33,306 nucleotides of DNA, taken from IMG/VR virus record IMGVR_UViG_3300001751_000006, positions 1-33,306 of that record; one strand, 5' to 3'. Made by a program: the position numbers and the translations under genes. Under the pieces are notes generated by a model. That model had not been told where the DNA came from. It ran no database searches and saw nothing but the letters and a program-made list of their open reading frames with translations. Source of the DNA: a virus. Taxonomy: Duplodnaviria; Caudoviricetes. Of the stretch, positions 17,091-26,078 are shown in pieces (within the stretch, counting starts at the first letter, position 1; every line of letters starts with the position of its first letter).

Positions 17091-19757
17091 TTACATAGCA
17101 AGAATAAAATCTTCTAGTTTAACTTTCTTTTTATCCACTTCAACAAACTTTCCCTGCTCATTTATTACAATAGAATTCATATTGTACCAATTTTTGCCAA
17201 TCTCCCAATCAACTCCAAGAGGAATTCCTCTTTGCCATTCATAGCGTTCTGAGCACATTATCTCAGTAACTACATCAATTAGTTCATTCAATTCCGAAAT
17301 TACAGCATCAAACAAAATAGAATCATGAACCTCACCATTGGCAAATGACTTAAATTTTCTTCTTGCAAATTCTTTTTCAATTCTAATCAAACTATCAAGA
17401 AGAAGATGAAATGATGTTCCCTGAATTAGGTTATTGAATAACTGATTGATAGATAATGGCCCAATCCGCCTCCAACCATTAAGTGCTTCCGCGTATCCAT
17501 CCTTCAAGTAATCATGTATTACCTTATTTTGCCATTCTTTAACATAATGATATTCTTCCCAGAATTCTTTCTGAACTTGAATTATATGATCAGTAGGAAC
17601 ATCAGGAAAAGATCTCGCAACATTCCTATCTATAGAACCATAGAAACTTGGAAATACAAATCCATTCTTTCCTTTATATCTTTCATCTTTAGTCACATAA
17701 TCTACAGATTTTGTATAAATCCTAGCTGTCCACCTATAATGAGTATCAAAAGGATTATTTCCACCATCAGGATGTTCCTCTGCCCATTTCTTACCTTCTA
17801 TAATTTGCCTGATAAGTTCTGGATCTCCAGAAAACATACCAATACCCTTAACCTCCATACCACTAAAGTCAACTTCCGGTTGGATTCTTCCTATAGATGG
17901 CACTATACTTTTTCTGAATACCATGAGCTCTTCATCATGTTTGAATACATTCTGGAGGTTTGGACTATCTGCAGAAGACCTGTATGTATCCGCCATATTC
18001 AAATTATAAGAAGGATGCACATAAAACTTTGAATCCATAACATTTCTATAGTTAGTAACTCTTTCAGTCAAACTACAAGTTTTTCTAAACCTAATAATAC
18101 CATTAACCAATTTTTTAACATCTTCATTTTTAGTTTTCTGGTATATAATACCCAAAGTTTCTTTATCCGTAGAACCCAAATGTGTTGCGGTCTCCTTGTA
18201 CTTTTCTATTTTGTAGATATCATATAGAATCTTTTGAAGTTGCCTTGTAGCAGATTCAGGATTAAAGGTATTACCTGATTCCTCTTCATATTGCTTAACA
18301 CCACGAAGCGACCTCATCTCTTCTATTCTAAGCTCTCGCTCAGCTATGTATTTATTATCAAGCTCATGAAGTACATCCATATCTATTCGATTTCCTCTCT
18401 CCCTCAAGTTTACCAAAACTATTGCTCCTTCATGATAAAATTCATAAAATTCTCTCAACTTTGGATTTGCATCAAGAAATTCTTTCTGGTCATAGTAAGA
18501 CATTAAAGTATATCTTGAATCCCAGCTATTGTAATTACAAATTTTCTCTAATGACTCTGATAGCAACTTTTTAACATCCACTATTCCCTTATAATCATGA
18601 CCAGTTAGCATAAAAGCCTGAAAGCCTAAACTAGTTGTACTCGAGTTATTATTGATAACATGAGCTGCGATCATTGTATCATGAATAATATTCTTCGCTG
18701 GTTGGTTTAAAAACATCCTATTCCATATCTCTTCCATGTTGACATTCTGAACTATCTTTGGAGTATCACTTCTCAAAAACTCTCTCCAGGCACATAGTAT
18801 TCTTTCCTGTTCTTGAGAATTGAAAATTATATCTCCGTTATCATATTTCAACTTCAAAGGAATAAATACTCCAGAACTTATGTCATTAGATATTGATATT
18901 GCTAACAAATCCGCACCTTTTACCCAAGGATATAAAGCAGTAGTTTCATAGTCAAAAGAAGTTGGTTTGTTTGTATTACAAAAACTTCTGATATGTTCAA
19001 TAGCTTCATCAACATCAGTAATACATTTGTTCCCTTCCTCAGTTAAAGGTTGTGGGAGAGGTTGATCAAGATATGAAATTATATTTGCCAAATCGTAGCC
19101 AAGAATAATTTCATCATCTGGATATTTATCTTTCTTCCTTTTTCTGTATCTGAAGAAAGCTGGATGATAAGAACATCCAACCCAGCAGTTATATTTATGG
19201 TATGGAACAACTTTTCCATGCATTTGATTAGCAGTGAAACCTTTTAAATACTGAGTTTCCAAAACAGCATTTATAGCTGGAGTACCTAAGCATATAATTA
19301 ACTTAGGTTTGGTCTCTTCAATATCTCTAATCAAACGTTCTCTACAGCATTTAATTTGATCCTTTGTAGGATCTTTGTCATCACCTTTCGAGTTTTGTCC
19401 TGGATAACACTGAATAACGTTTGTCCTTTCACAATCCTCATCCATGTCTATTCCAATGTATCCAAACATCTTACGTCCAAGAACTCCAGATGGGCCAACT
19501 AGAGGAATTCCTTCTTTATCCTCCACTCTTCCAGGGCACTGCCCTACTATAAGAATTCCTTTCTTTCCACTCCCAAACCTTTCCATTTTAGGGCTTCTAC
19601 ATTTTCTATAGAGTCCACAGGTAGAGCAATCATATATTTTCTTGCTAGATCTCTTCGCACCTGAACTTGATCGTTTCTTCTCAAACTTTTCAGGGTGCTC
19701 CTTTTGATAAATTTCCCATTTACTCAAGAAAAAAGCTTTTTGTTGTCGTTTTCCCAT
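17091..19757 (-). CDS. polA: Family A DNA polymerase with N-terminal uracil-DNA glycosylase (family 4-like) domain and 3'-5' exonuclease
   Basis: UDG: CSTC..C, IVGQCPG..ED..G.PLVGPSG, YHPAF. Exo: FDYETT, HDTM, YNSWDS. Pol: PNLQN, DFSGMEV, R...KNGFVFPSFYG, IQG, VHDS. Confidence 0.92.
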   Translation of the reverse strand: MGKRQQKAFFLSKWEIYQKEHPEKFEKKRSSSGAKRSSKKIYDCSTCGLYRKCRSPKMERFGSGKKGILIVGQCPGRVEDKEGIPLVGPSGVLGRKMFGYIGIDMDEDCERTNVIQCYPGQNSKGDDKDPTKDQIKCCRERLIRDIEETKPKLIICLGTPAINAVLETQYLKGFTANQMHGKVVPYHKYNCWVGCSYHPAFFRYRKRKKDKYPDDEIILGYDLANIISYLDQPLPQPLTEEGNKCITDVDEAIEHIRSFCNTNKPTSFDYETTALYPWVKGADLLAISISNDISSGVFIPLKLKYDNGDIIFNSQEQERILCAWREFLRSDTPKIVQNVNMEEIWNRMFLNQPAKNIIHDTMIAAHVINNNSSTTSLGFQAFMLTGHDYKGIVDVKKLLSESLEKICNYNSWDSRYTLMSYYDQKEFLDANPKLREFYEFYHEGAIVLVNLRERGNRIDMDVLHELDNKYIAERELRIEEMRSLRGVKQYEEESGNTFNPESATRQLQKILYDIYKIEKYKETATHLGSTDKETLGIIYQKTKNEDVKKLVNGIIRFRKTCSLTERVTNYRNVMDSKFYVHPSYNLNMADTYRSSADSPNLQNVFKHDEELMVFRKSIVPSIGRIQPEVDFSGMEVKGIGMFSGDPELIRQIIEGKKWAEEHPDGGNNPFDTHYRWTARIYTKSVDYVTKDERYKGKNGFVFPSFYGSIDRNVARSFPDVPTDHIIQVQKEFWEEYHYVKEWQNKVIHDYLKDGYAEALNGWRRIGPLSINQLFNNLIQGTSFHLLLDSLIRIEKEFARRKFKSFANGEVHDSILFDAVISELNELIDVVTEIMCSERYEWQRGIPLGVDWEIGKNWYNMNSIVINEQGKFVEVDKKKVKLEDFILAM

Positions 19758-19761
19758 TACC

Positions 19762-20841
19762 TTATTCGTTCTCTCGAGCTTGCGTTAAATATCTAAGTTT
19801 ATCAGGATTAGATAACTTATCTGCTTCTAGTATTATCAAACCATTCTCATCATAGTACTTGAAATAAGAACACGTATTAACAATATCCTTCAAAAACACT
19901 GGATTAACAAAGAATTCTATATCAATGTTATCAAAATCTCCTTCAACATTAACTTCATCAATTAAAGAACCCAAATCTTTAGCTTTTGATTCAGTTATGC
20001 ATCTATCATTCAAAATTCGAACAGAAATTTCTTTATCAATCAAATCTACTCGAGAAAGAAAAGTAATCTGTCTTTCTATAACACTATCCATTGTATCAGG
20101 AAATTTGATCTTTATAAAACTATCCGAAGTTGGAAAATATTGCAAAACATTTGGATATTCTCCACTTAATATTGATGTGCTAATCTGAGTGCCGTCATTT
20201 AGAATAGCTGTAAGACCATCATTTGTGTTGAAAACAATGCGCTTAACTTCACCTGCATTTTTTGACATGATATCAATAAACTTAGGTGGAATAGAGCAAT
20301 TAGCTGGGACGCTCTTATCCAATTTCCAAACTATCACTCTATATCTATCTGTAGCTATAAGTTTGTCTTCATCTATCATCACCCCACGAATAGGCCCAGA
20401 TGTTTGATCTTTGGATACATACAATCTACAAATGCTTAATCCCTTGATCAAGTCTCGAATAATATCTCTATCCTCAATAAAATTGTTTGATAGAGTAACT
20501 TCTTTCACAGGAACTTCATCTAAAACTGTAAAAGTTCCTTTAACCTCATCAGTCTTAACTTTAACCTTGTCCTTTTCAAAATCCAATTCAACCTCTTCAT
20601 CCTCAAGGCTTCTCAATAGTTTCAAAAATGGCTCAGCAGGAATTGCACAACCAACTCCTATATCTTCAGCTAACCAAGTGTTTATCATCACAAGCCCATC
20701 GAAAGCTTGAAGACAATCTCCCAAATCATCTCCTTTATTAGCTATCTTAAAATATGAGTAGTGAGGTATGATTGGGTTTAATGCAATAGCGGAATAAGCA
20801 ATCTCCAACTTTTGCAGTAGTGTTTCTCTGTTTAATTTCAT
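19762..20841 (-). CDS. dnaN: DNA polymerase III beta-like sliding clamp
   Basis: 359 aa, three-domain length; IATDRYR, CSIPPK, GEYPNV and FVNPVFLKD. Confidence 0.8.
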   Translation of the reverse strand: MKLNRETLLQKLEIAYSAIALNPIIPHYSYFKIANKGDDLGDCLQAFDGLVMINTWLAEDIGVGCAIPAEPFLKLLRSLEDEEVELDFEKDKVKVKTDEVKGTFTVLDEVPVKEVTLSNNFIEDRDIIRDLIKGLSICRLYVSKDQTSGPIRGVMIDEDKLIATDRYRVIVWKLDKSVPANCSIPPKFIDIMSKNAGEVKRIVFNTNDGLTAILNDGTQISTSILSGEYPNVLQYFPTSDSFIKIKFPDTMDSVIERQITFLSRVDLIDKEISVRILNDRCITESKAKDLGSLIDEVNVEGDFDNIDIEFFVNPVFLKDIVNTCSYFKYYDENGLIILEADKLSNPDKLRYLTQARENE

Positions 20842-20851
20842 TTCTTCTCTC

Positions 20852-21844
20852 CTAAAATAGCTTACTATCCACTCGTTTATTAGTTATGCCCTTTGGATAA
20901 AACTCATCTCTATAATCCAAAAAGGCATCAAAAAATCTAAAGTTAGCCTTAACTCTTTCAATAGATTCTGTTTCCATCTTTTTCACATCTATATCAATAG
21001 AATCAAAGTAGTTGTGAATTTTCTCTAAAGTTTCTTTATCCTCAGAGTACAAATGAGAATAGTGACCAGCTGCAGTATCCTTAACTTTGCCTATTTCAGA
21101 AACGCAAATACGCTTTGGGATTTTATCATAAGCGGCTTCACCAGTTTTAGGATCAAAAACAGGTACATACACTATTCCATAAGCTGCACTCTTTATCCAA
21201 TTAGTACTATCAACACTATGCCAGTTGTATCTTAGCATAACTGGAATAGACGTCAAACCAAAACCATGAATTTTAACATCTCTTCCACAGGAATTAACTA
21301 CTTTGAAAGCTGCGTCCCCAAACTTAGACATATACTTATAACTAAATAAACCTCCACTAACTCCACCTCCAAGAGCTATATAGTCATACTTCTCAACTAA
21401 TCTTTCTAAATACTTAAAATGAGCTTTTCCAACTTCTGGATCCGCTTGCTTTGTATGATAATGAAAAACTGGAAGAGGATTTAGTCCGGTGGCTTCCATT
21501 CGATTTTGCATAATCATAGTTTTTGCAGGATTGCCAACAAAATCTAAATTAGCATAAACATACAATCTATTCTCATATTTCTTAATAAATTCAATATAGC
21601 TATCTAAATAAGTAAGCTCATCTGCCTCAGTAACAACTTTTCCCTGCATAGTCATCTGATGATCCCAACTATATGCTCCAGAATCTAAGAAAATCTTAAA
21701 CGTAGGATATCTCTCAAATGCTTTTTCCAACCTAGCCCTATACCAAAATGACTCGAGAGTATAAACTTCTCTTTTCTCAAGCATCTCCATAAGTTCAGGA
21801 TATGTCATACCATAATTAGCAACACCAGCCTGATATATTCGCAT
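20852..21844 (-). CDS. dpdA: DpdA-like / tRNA-guanine transglycosylase-fold protein (putative DNA 7-deazaguanine insertase)
   Basis: LESFWY, IFLDSGAYS, ANLD.VG, LPVFH, YIALGG, KIHGFG and SVDSTNW; adjacent to the queC-like gene. Confidence 0.7.
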   Translation of the reverse strand: MRIYQAGVANYGMTYPELMEMLEKREVYTLESFWYRARLEKAFERYPTFKIFLDSGAYSWDHQMTMQGKVVTEADELTYLDSYIEFIKKYENRLYVYANLDFVGNPAKTMIMQNRMEATGLNPLPVFHYHTKQADPEVGKAHFKYLERLVEKYDYIALGGGVSGGLFSYKYMSKFGDAAFKVVNSCGRDVKIHGFGLTSIPVMLRYNWHSVDSTNWIKSAAYGIVYVPVFDPKTGEAAYDKIPKRICVSEIGKVKDTAAGHYSHLYSEDKETLEKIHNYFDSIDIDVKKMETESIERVKANFRFFDAFLDYRDEFYPKGITNKRVDSKLF

Positions 21845-21863
21845 AGTCTGCTCCTACATCAAT

Positions 21864-22832
21864 TCAAATTATTCCATTCAAATCAATAGTTTTATCATCA
21901 ATTATCGCATCATATTGAGGCTTTCCAAGCCTTAACTCATCAAACTTAACACAATTAACTATCAGCCAATCTCTAGTAGCTTCTTCATCTTCAGGAAATC
22001 TACTAGACCATAAAACTATTTTATTTCCCCGCTCGTGTAATTCATTAACTTTAGCTATGTTTCTCAAGTTTGGAGTCCTACTAAAGTAATCATGTCCTTC
22101 AACTTCATTTGTAAGAACTCCATCAATATCTACAAAGTAAACTTTCCTCTTCTCAATTTTTAGATATTCCTCAACTGCTCGAATAATATTTTCATTTCTC
22201 TGGCGGACATATATTCTTTGCTTAGCTCTTTCATAATATTCATCAAGAAGATTTCGATTGTAGAAGTCAAGTTTAATCCCATTCACCCATAAAGCAACCC
22301 ACTTTCTAAAGCAACACCTACACTTGTAACAACAATAGCCAGTGCTAAGATCGTAGCAACTACCTGTTCTAATTAGCTGATCTAGAGCTTTGCCTTCATT
22401 TCCAACAGTTGCGAGATACCATCTGACTACATCAGCCTTTGTGTAATTCCAAAATGGGCTCAAAACTTTAATTCTTCTCTCATTCAAATTTGATAGCATC
22501 CCAGAAAATTCAGCAAAAATTTCTTCATTCTTATCATTCACTTTATCATCTTTAAGGCCCGCCATATATATCTCATCTCCATATTTGCAAGCAAGCATAG
22601 CAAAATACAAATTTCTCATTGGAAGAAATTTTGTATCAGAGTCAATCTCTCTCGTTGATAAGTCTATAGATTTATCCACAATCACGGGAACTCCAAGTTC
22701 TTTGATAACTTCAAGTTCCCTATCACAGATGTCAAGACCAATATGAAAGTAAACTGCCTTTGGCTTCTTAAGAAAATGCCATGCTATAAACGAATCCATT
22801 CCACCACTAAATAAAAGTACTTTCTCACTCAT
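21864..22832 (-). CDS. queC: QueC-like PP-loop ATPase fused to a C-terminal HAD-like phosphatase domain
   Basis: LLFSGGMDS, LPMRN, SPF...KADVV, SCY...CYKCRCC; then FVDIDGVL, LWSSR and GKP....IDDK. Confidence 0.8.
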   Translation of the reverse strand: MSEKVLLFSGGMDSFIAWHFLKKPKAVYFHIGLDICDRELEVIKELGVPVIVDKSIDLSTREIDSDTKFLPMRNLYFAMLACKYGDEIYMAGLKDDKVNDKNEEIFAEFSGMLSNLNERRIKVLSPFWNYTKADVVRWYLATVGNEGKALDQLIRTGSCYDLSTGYCCYKCRCCFRKWVALWVNGIKLDFYNRNLLDEYYERAKQRIYVRQRNENIIRAVEEYLKIEKRKVYFVDIDGVLTNEVEGHDYFSRTPNLRNIAKVNELHERGNKIVLWSSRFPEDEEATRDWLIVNCVKFDELRLGKPQYDAIIDDKTIDLNGII

Positions 22833-23131
22833 AACTTTTCACTCCTTCTTGGCCATTGTTTATCTATTTCTTCTTGCAATAGTACCATAAACTTCAAAAT
22901 AGCTGCAGTGGCCACCATAGTAACTCAATAACCATAGGCCATTGCCAAGCCGGGAGATGTAACAATCAAGTCCACAAGTTCATCTGGCATTTCATCCATA
23001 GTTGGGATACAATCAGCACAAATTATTTTATCTAATTGATTGTTCATTCTCCAGCTTGCGGATTTAAGAATTCGTTCTGCTTCATCTTCTGCTCTTTCTC
23101 TCAATTTAATCAATTCTTTTCTATCAAACAT
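22829..23131 (-). pseudogene. Chimeric remnant: N-terminal fragment of an N4/N6 DNA methyltransferase joined to a hydrophobic fragment with an in-frame TGA
   Basis: LDKIICADCI..M..MPDELVDLIVTSP stops inside the catalytic SPPY motif. The frame continues past TGA (22925) to a stop at 22829 that overlaps the queC ATG. Confidence 0.6.
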
Positions 23132-23143
23132 TTTTCAATCCTT

Positions 23144-23506
23144 TCAAGATTTGATTTGTTCTTCTTCATAAGCTTCAATTAAATTTTTTAACAATCGCCG
23201 ATGGCACTTCTCATCACCATGCTCAAAGCAAAGTAAAGTTATTACTTCTCCACTTCTTGCCCTATTAGCTAACTCTCTAATTCTTCTCTGAGCGTGATGT
23301 CCTCCCATTAACTGAAAAAACTGAACCACATACTCATCCCAAGATAGTCCATGATATTTGTAATCATACAACAATTTCTTCGTAGGAGCCAGTTCAGGAT
23401 AGTACTCATCAAAAGAACAATCTGGAGGAACTCCTCCTGATACTACTATTCGAGTTCCATCAGACTCTTCAACTGGATCAAATAAAGATTTAGTCTTGAT
23501 CATCAA
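23144..23506 (-). CDS. DUF488/YeaO-family protein
   Basis: DGTRIVV, ELAPT, WDEY, ITLLCFE and CHRRLL. Confidence 0.8.
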   Translation of the reverse strand: MMIKTKSLFDPVEESDGTRIVVSGGVPPDCSFDEYYPELAPTKKLLYDYKYHGLSWDEYVVQFFQLMGGHHAQRRIRELANRARSGEVITLLCFEHGDEKCHRRLLKNLIEAYEEEQIKS

Positions 23507-24272
23507 ATCTCAAAAAATCTATTACTTTTTCTGGGAATTGCTCAAAATTTCTTCTCAAGATATTCTCAAGAGCATAATTCCAATCTCTTTTTTGCTCTGG
23601 ATTGAACAAATGCCAAGCAATAGCATCAGTTCTTAAAATTCCTCTACCAGCAGCTTTACTCAAAATAAAGTCTTCTAATGGAGCATCATCTGGAAGGTCT
23701 TTTAGTGCTACCAATAATCTATTCTCAACACCATATCTAAATGCTACTCCACTGGCTCCTCCATAGTCAATCTCAATGAATTGAGGATGATCATATCTAA
23801 AAAATGCATATTGATATTGTGAAACATCATCAGGAGGATTTTTGTGCAAAGTAGTAGAAAAATCAGGTTTCCCGATTTCATTGTTCGGAAGGAGAAACAA
23901 TCCACAAGAAAAATTAACTGGTAGACTTTGATCTGCCTTCAAGCGAAATCCTAAAGAATGCCTAACCTTATCAATATAATCTGGCTCAAGCAAAGCATCA
24001 TCATCAACAAACATAAAATCTTGAGTTACTTTTTCAAGCAACTTCCTTCTAGCTGCAACAATGGAATTTCTTTTATTTTCTCTAAAGTAAACTATTTCAA
24101 CATGTTTCTCAGATAAAATATCAAAAACCATACGAACTGTGAAGTTTGATGTAATTGGTTTTTCTCCACTATCCAATATAGTAATCCTATCAGGAAGTTC
24201 TGTTTGATAAGCCAATGCCTGAAGGCAAAGAGCTATAGTATCAGTACGAATTGTTGGTACAAGAATTTCCAT
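23490..24272 (-). CDS. Glycosyltransferase family 2-like (GT-A fold)
   Basis: ILVPT, L..L..QT..PDRITILDS, DxD motif FVDDD, and ED...H. Confidence 0.75.
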   Translation of the reverse strand: MEILVPTIRTDTIALCLQALAYQTELPDRITILDSGEKPITSNFTVRMVFDILSEKHVEIVYFRENKRNSIVAARRKLLEKVTQDFMFVDDDALLEPDYIDKVRHSLGFRLKADQSLPVNFSCGLFLLPNNEIGKPDFSTTLHKNPPDDVSQYQYAFFRYDHPQFIEIDYGGASGVAFRYGVENRLLVALKDLPDDAPLEDFILSKAAGRGILRTDAIAWHLFNPEQKRDWNYALENILRRNFEQFPEKVIDFLRFDDQD

Positions 24273-24458
24273 TTACATTCCTCTTGGTTCTGTTTCCCAC
24301 CTATTCCACAATGTCACTATATGTTTTGCATTATCATAATCTTCTAATGTCAGATCATCATCAGCAATAATTTGTGCTACCACTTTGCCATCTTCAGCAG
24401 ATATTTCAAGACAATTGAGTGACACCTTCTCAAAAGATACTACTCCAGAAGTTTTCAT
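24273..24458 (-). CDS. Small hypothetical protein
   Basis: AAGGAG RBS before MKTSG; NAKHIVTLWN tail common in phage small proteins. Confidence 0.6.
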   Translation of the reverse strand: MKTSGVVSFEKVSLNCLEISAEDGKVVAQIIADDDLTLEDYDNAKHIVTLWNRWETEPRGM

Positions 24459-24583
24459 TTCTTTCTCCTTTAAAAGCTGAACCACCACGTCTTTTTATTG
24501 AATTAAATGCCGCCACGACCATACTGTAAATTTATACAACCTACTGTAATCAATGTACTATACATCTCCATCACTTTGTTGGG

Positions 24584-24709
24584 CTAACCTCCAAATATCC
24601 TGTTTATTAACAAAAGTAAAGCAGGTTTAAGATAAAGAAATATCTTCATAATCTGCTCACTAGCTAGTACACCAAGAACTACTCCAGTTAGTAAATAAAC
24701 GAATCTCAT
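24584..24709 (-). CDS. Small membrane peptide
   Basis: GAGGAG RBS; MRFVYLLTGVVLGVLA is hydrophobic. Confidence 0.5.
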   Translation of the reverse strand: MRFVYLLTGVVLGVLASEQIMKIFLYLKPALLLLINRIFGG

Positions 24710-24710
24710 A

Positions 24711-25712
24711 TCACTCCTCACTTTGATGGGAGAACTTCTTCTTCCCCAGTTCAGCTTTATTTTCCAAGGCATACTTATTTGTTTCAAGCATGTGGTCCCA
24801 AGCACAACCTGGGCACGTTGATATCACTTCTTTGAAGTTTTGATAAATCTGCCCAGGATATAGAGGTATATCAAAAATACTAAACGGCTTAGACAATGGT
24901 CTATCTATGCAGGCCATTAAACTTCCATCAGGATTCACTGCTGGGCAAGCCCATTCACTACAATGCCAATTTTGTTTTATCCCAATAGTTGACCAATCTT
25001 TAAAGTAATCTTTCCCATTATGAAGCTTTAGTTCATCATAGTGTTCTATAAACCATCCAGCAATTCTTGAAACCATCCATCCATCACCTACTTTGAATAC
25101 TAAATCTTTATTGTCCTCATCAACTGGCCCACGATACCACCAATACATAGCCTCCCTCTGAGAGCAAACATGAAAGAAAGATAAAATACTCCATATACCA
25201 AGATTTGTAAAATATTTGACCATTTCTGGAAGTGCTCGAATATTCTCTCGAGTTACTGCCATATTTGCTACTAAATCCATATCTGAAGCATCCTTTGTCA
25301 ACTTAAGAAGTAGATCATGTCCTACATTACTCTTTTTCTGGTCACCAAACTTAACATCTATTGGGATTATATGATTTACAGAAGCGCTTATTCCAAAAGG
25401 TTTCGCATCTAGTAATTCTTTATAGAATTTCTCATCCTTCATTAACCTAACTCCATTGGTTATGATAGTATGAGGCATATCAATCTCATTGAGATATCTA
25501 ACTAACTTAGGGAGATCATCTCGCAATGTTGGCTCTCCTCCAAAGAGGACAACAAAGCCAACTTTGTAGTCTTTCATAATATCAAAAGCTTCTTTCCATT
25601 GCTCAGTAGTCATCTCATAAGCTGATTGGAAGTTTATAACATTACATCCTCTGCATCTAAGATTACACCTTCTTGTGAGAAAAACACACGTTTTTTGCCA
25701 TTTATCAAACAT
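24711..25712 (-). CDS. Radical SAM enzyme with C-terminal Cys motif (SPASM/twitch-like)
   Basis: CNLRCRGC, FGGEP, ITNG, C...C..VNPDG...AC and CPGC. The likely start is ATG 25712 after GGAG. Confidence 0.85.
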   Translation of the reverse strand: MFDKWQKTCVFLTRRCNLRCRGCNVINFQSAYEMTTEQWKEAFDIMKDYKVGFVVLFGGEPTLRDDLPKLVRYLNEIDMPHTIITNGVRLMKDEKFYKELLDAKPFGISASVNHIIPIDVKFGDQKKSNVGHDLLLKLTKDASDMDLVANMAVTRENIRALPEMVKYFTNLGIWSILSFFHVCSQREAMYWWYRGPVDEDNKDLVFKVGDGWMVSRIAGWFIEHYDELKLHNGKDYFKDWSTIGIKQNWHCSEWACPAVNPDGSLMACIDRPLSKPFSIFDIPLYPGQIYQNFKEVISTCPGCAWDHMLETNKYALENKAELGKKKFSHQSEE

Positions 25713-25780
25713 GTTCAGCTCCAATAAGTAAATCTACATATTTATTATACTTACATTAGCAATCAATTATAGAATTCATA

Positions 25781-25990
25781 TCACTTCATTATAGCTTTAG
25801 AAATCAAAGCAAATTCTATTGTTGCTAATGTGGCTCCAGTTAAAAATCTAATCCAACCCATGAGAACAGATGAGTCATGAGTGTATGCATGCAAAGCCCA
25901 TCCAAGCCCAAAAGCCACAGTTAAACAAGGAATAGCAGTCAAGCTAACCCACAATCCTATCTCTTTAACATTTTTTAGCATCTTTCTCAT
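25781..25990 (-). CDS. Small 2-TM membrane protein
   Basis: Two hydrophobic helices; the likely start is MRKMLK. Confidence 0.55.
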   Translation of the reverse strand: MRKMLKNVKEIGLWVSLTAIPCLTVAFGLGWALHAYTHDSSVLMGWIRFLTGATLATIEFALISKAIMK

Positions 25991-25991
25991 T

Positions 25992-26078
25992 TTAATTACC
26001 AATTATTAATTTGATTATCATAAGTAAAGTCACAATTTCTAATATTACTATAATCTTTTGTTTAATCCACTGATTCAT
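25992..26078 (-). CDS. 28-aa hydrophobic peptide (not in ORF track)
   Basis: AAGGA RBS; MNQWIKQKIIVILEIVTLLMIIKLIIGN fills the gap between neighbours. Confidence 0.35.
   Translation of the reverse strand: MNQWIKQKIIVILEIVTLLMIIKLIIGN

Noticed and set aside
2991-19757. Inteins or introns in terminase, RecA or polymerase
   Set aside because: Lengths are normal, motifs are contiguous, and I saw no intein splice motifs or homing endonuclease ORFs.
22925-22927. Stop-codon recoding (TGA read as Trp or Gly), suggested by the in-frame TGA
   Set aside because: Long conserved genes are uninterrupted under code 11, and TGA, TAG and TAA all end genes at sensible positions. An isolated nonsense mutation is simpler.
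24471-24572. Short frame MEMYSTLITVGCINLQYGRGGI*FNKKTWWFSF with an internal TAA
   Set aside because: Too short to distinguish a pseudogene from intergenic sequence.
24711-25712. Calling the radical SAM gene queE
   Set aside because: It is longer than typical QueE, lacks the N-terminal F.S.QGEG-type motif and has extra C-terminal cysteines.
25741-25780. TATAAT-containing candidate promoter upstream of the radical SAM gene
   Set aside because: There is no correctly spaced -35 element, and TATAAT is common by chance in AT-rich DNA.
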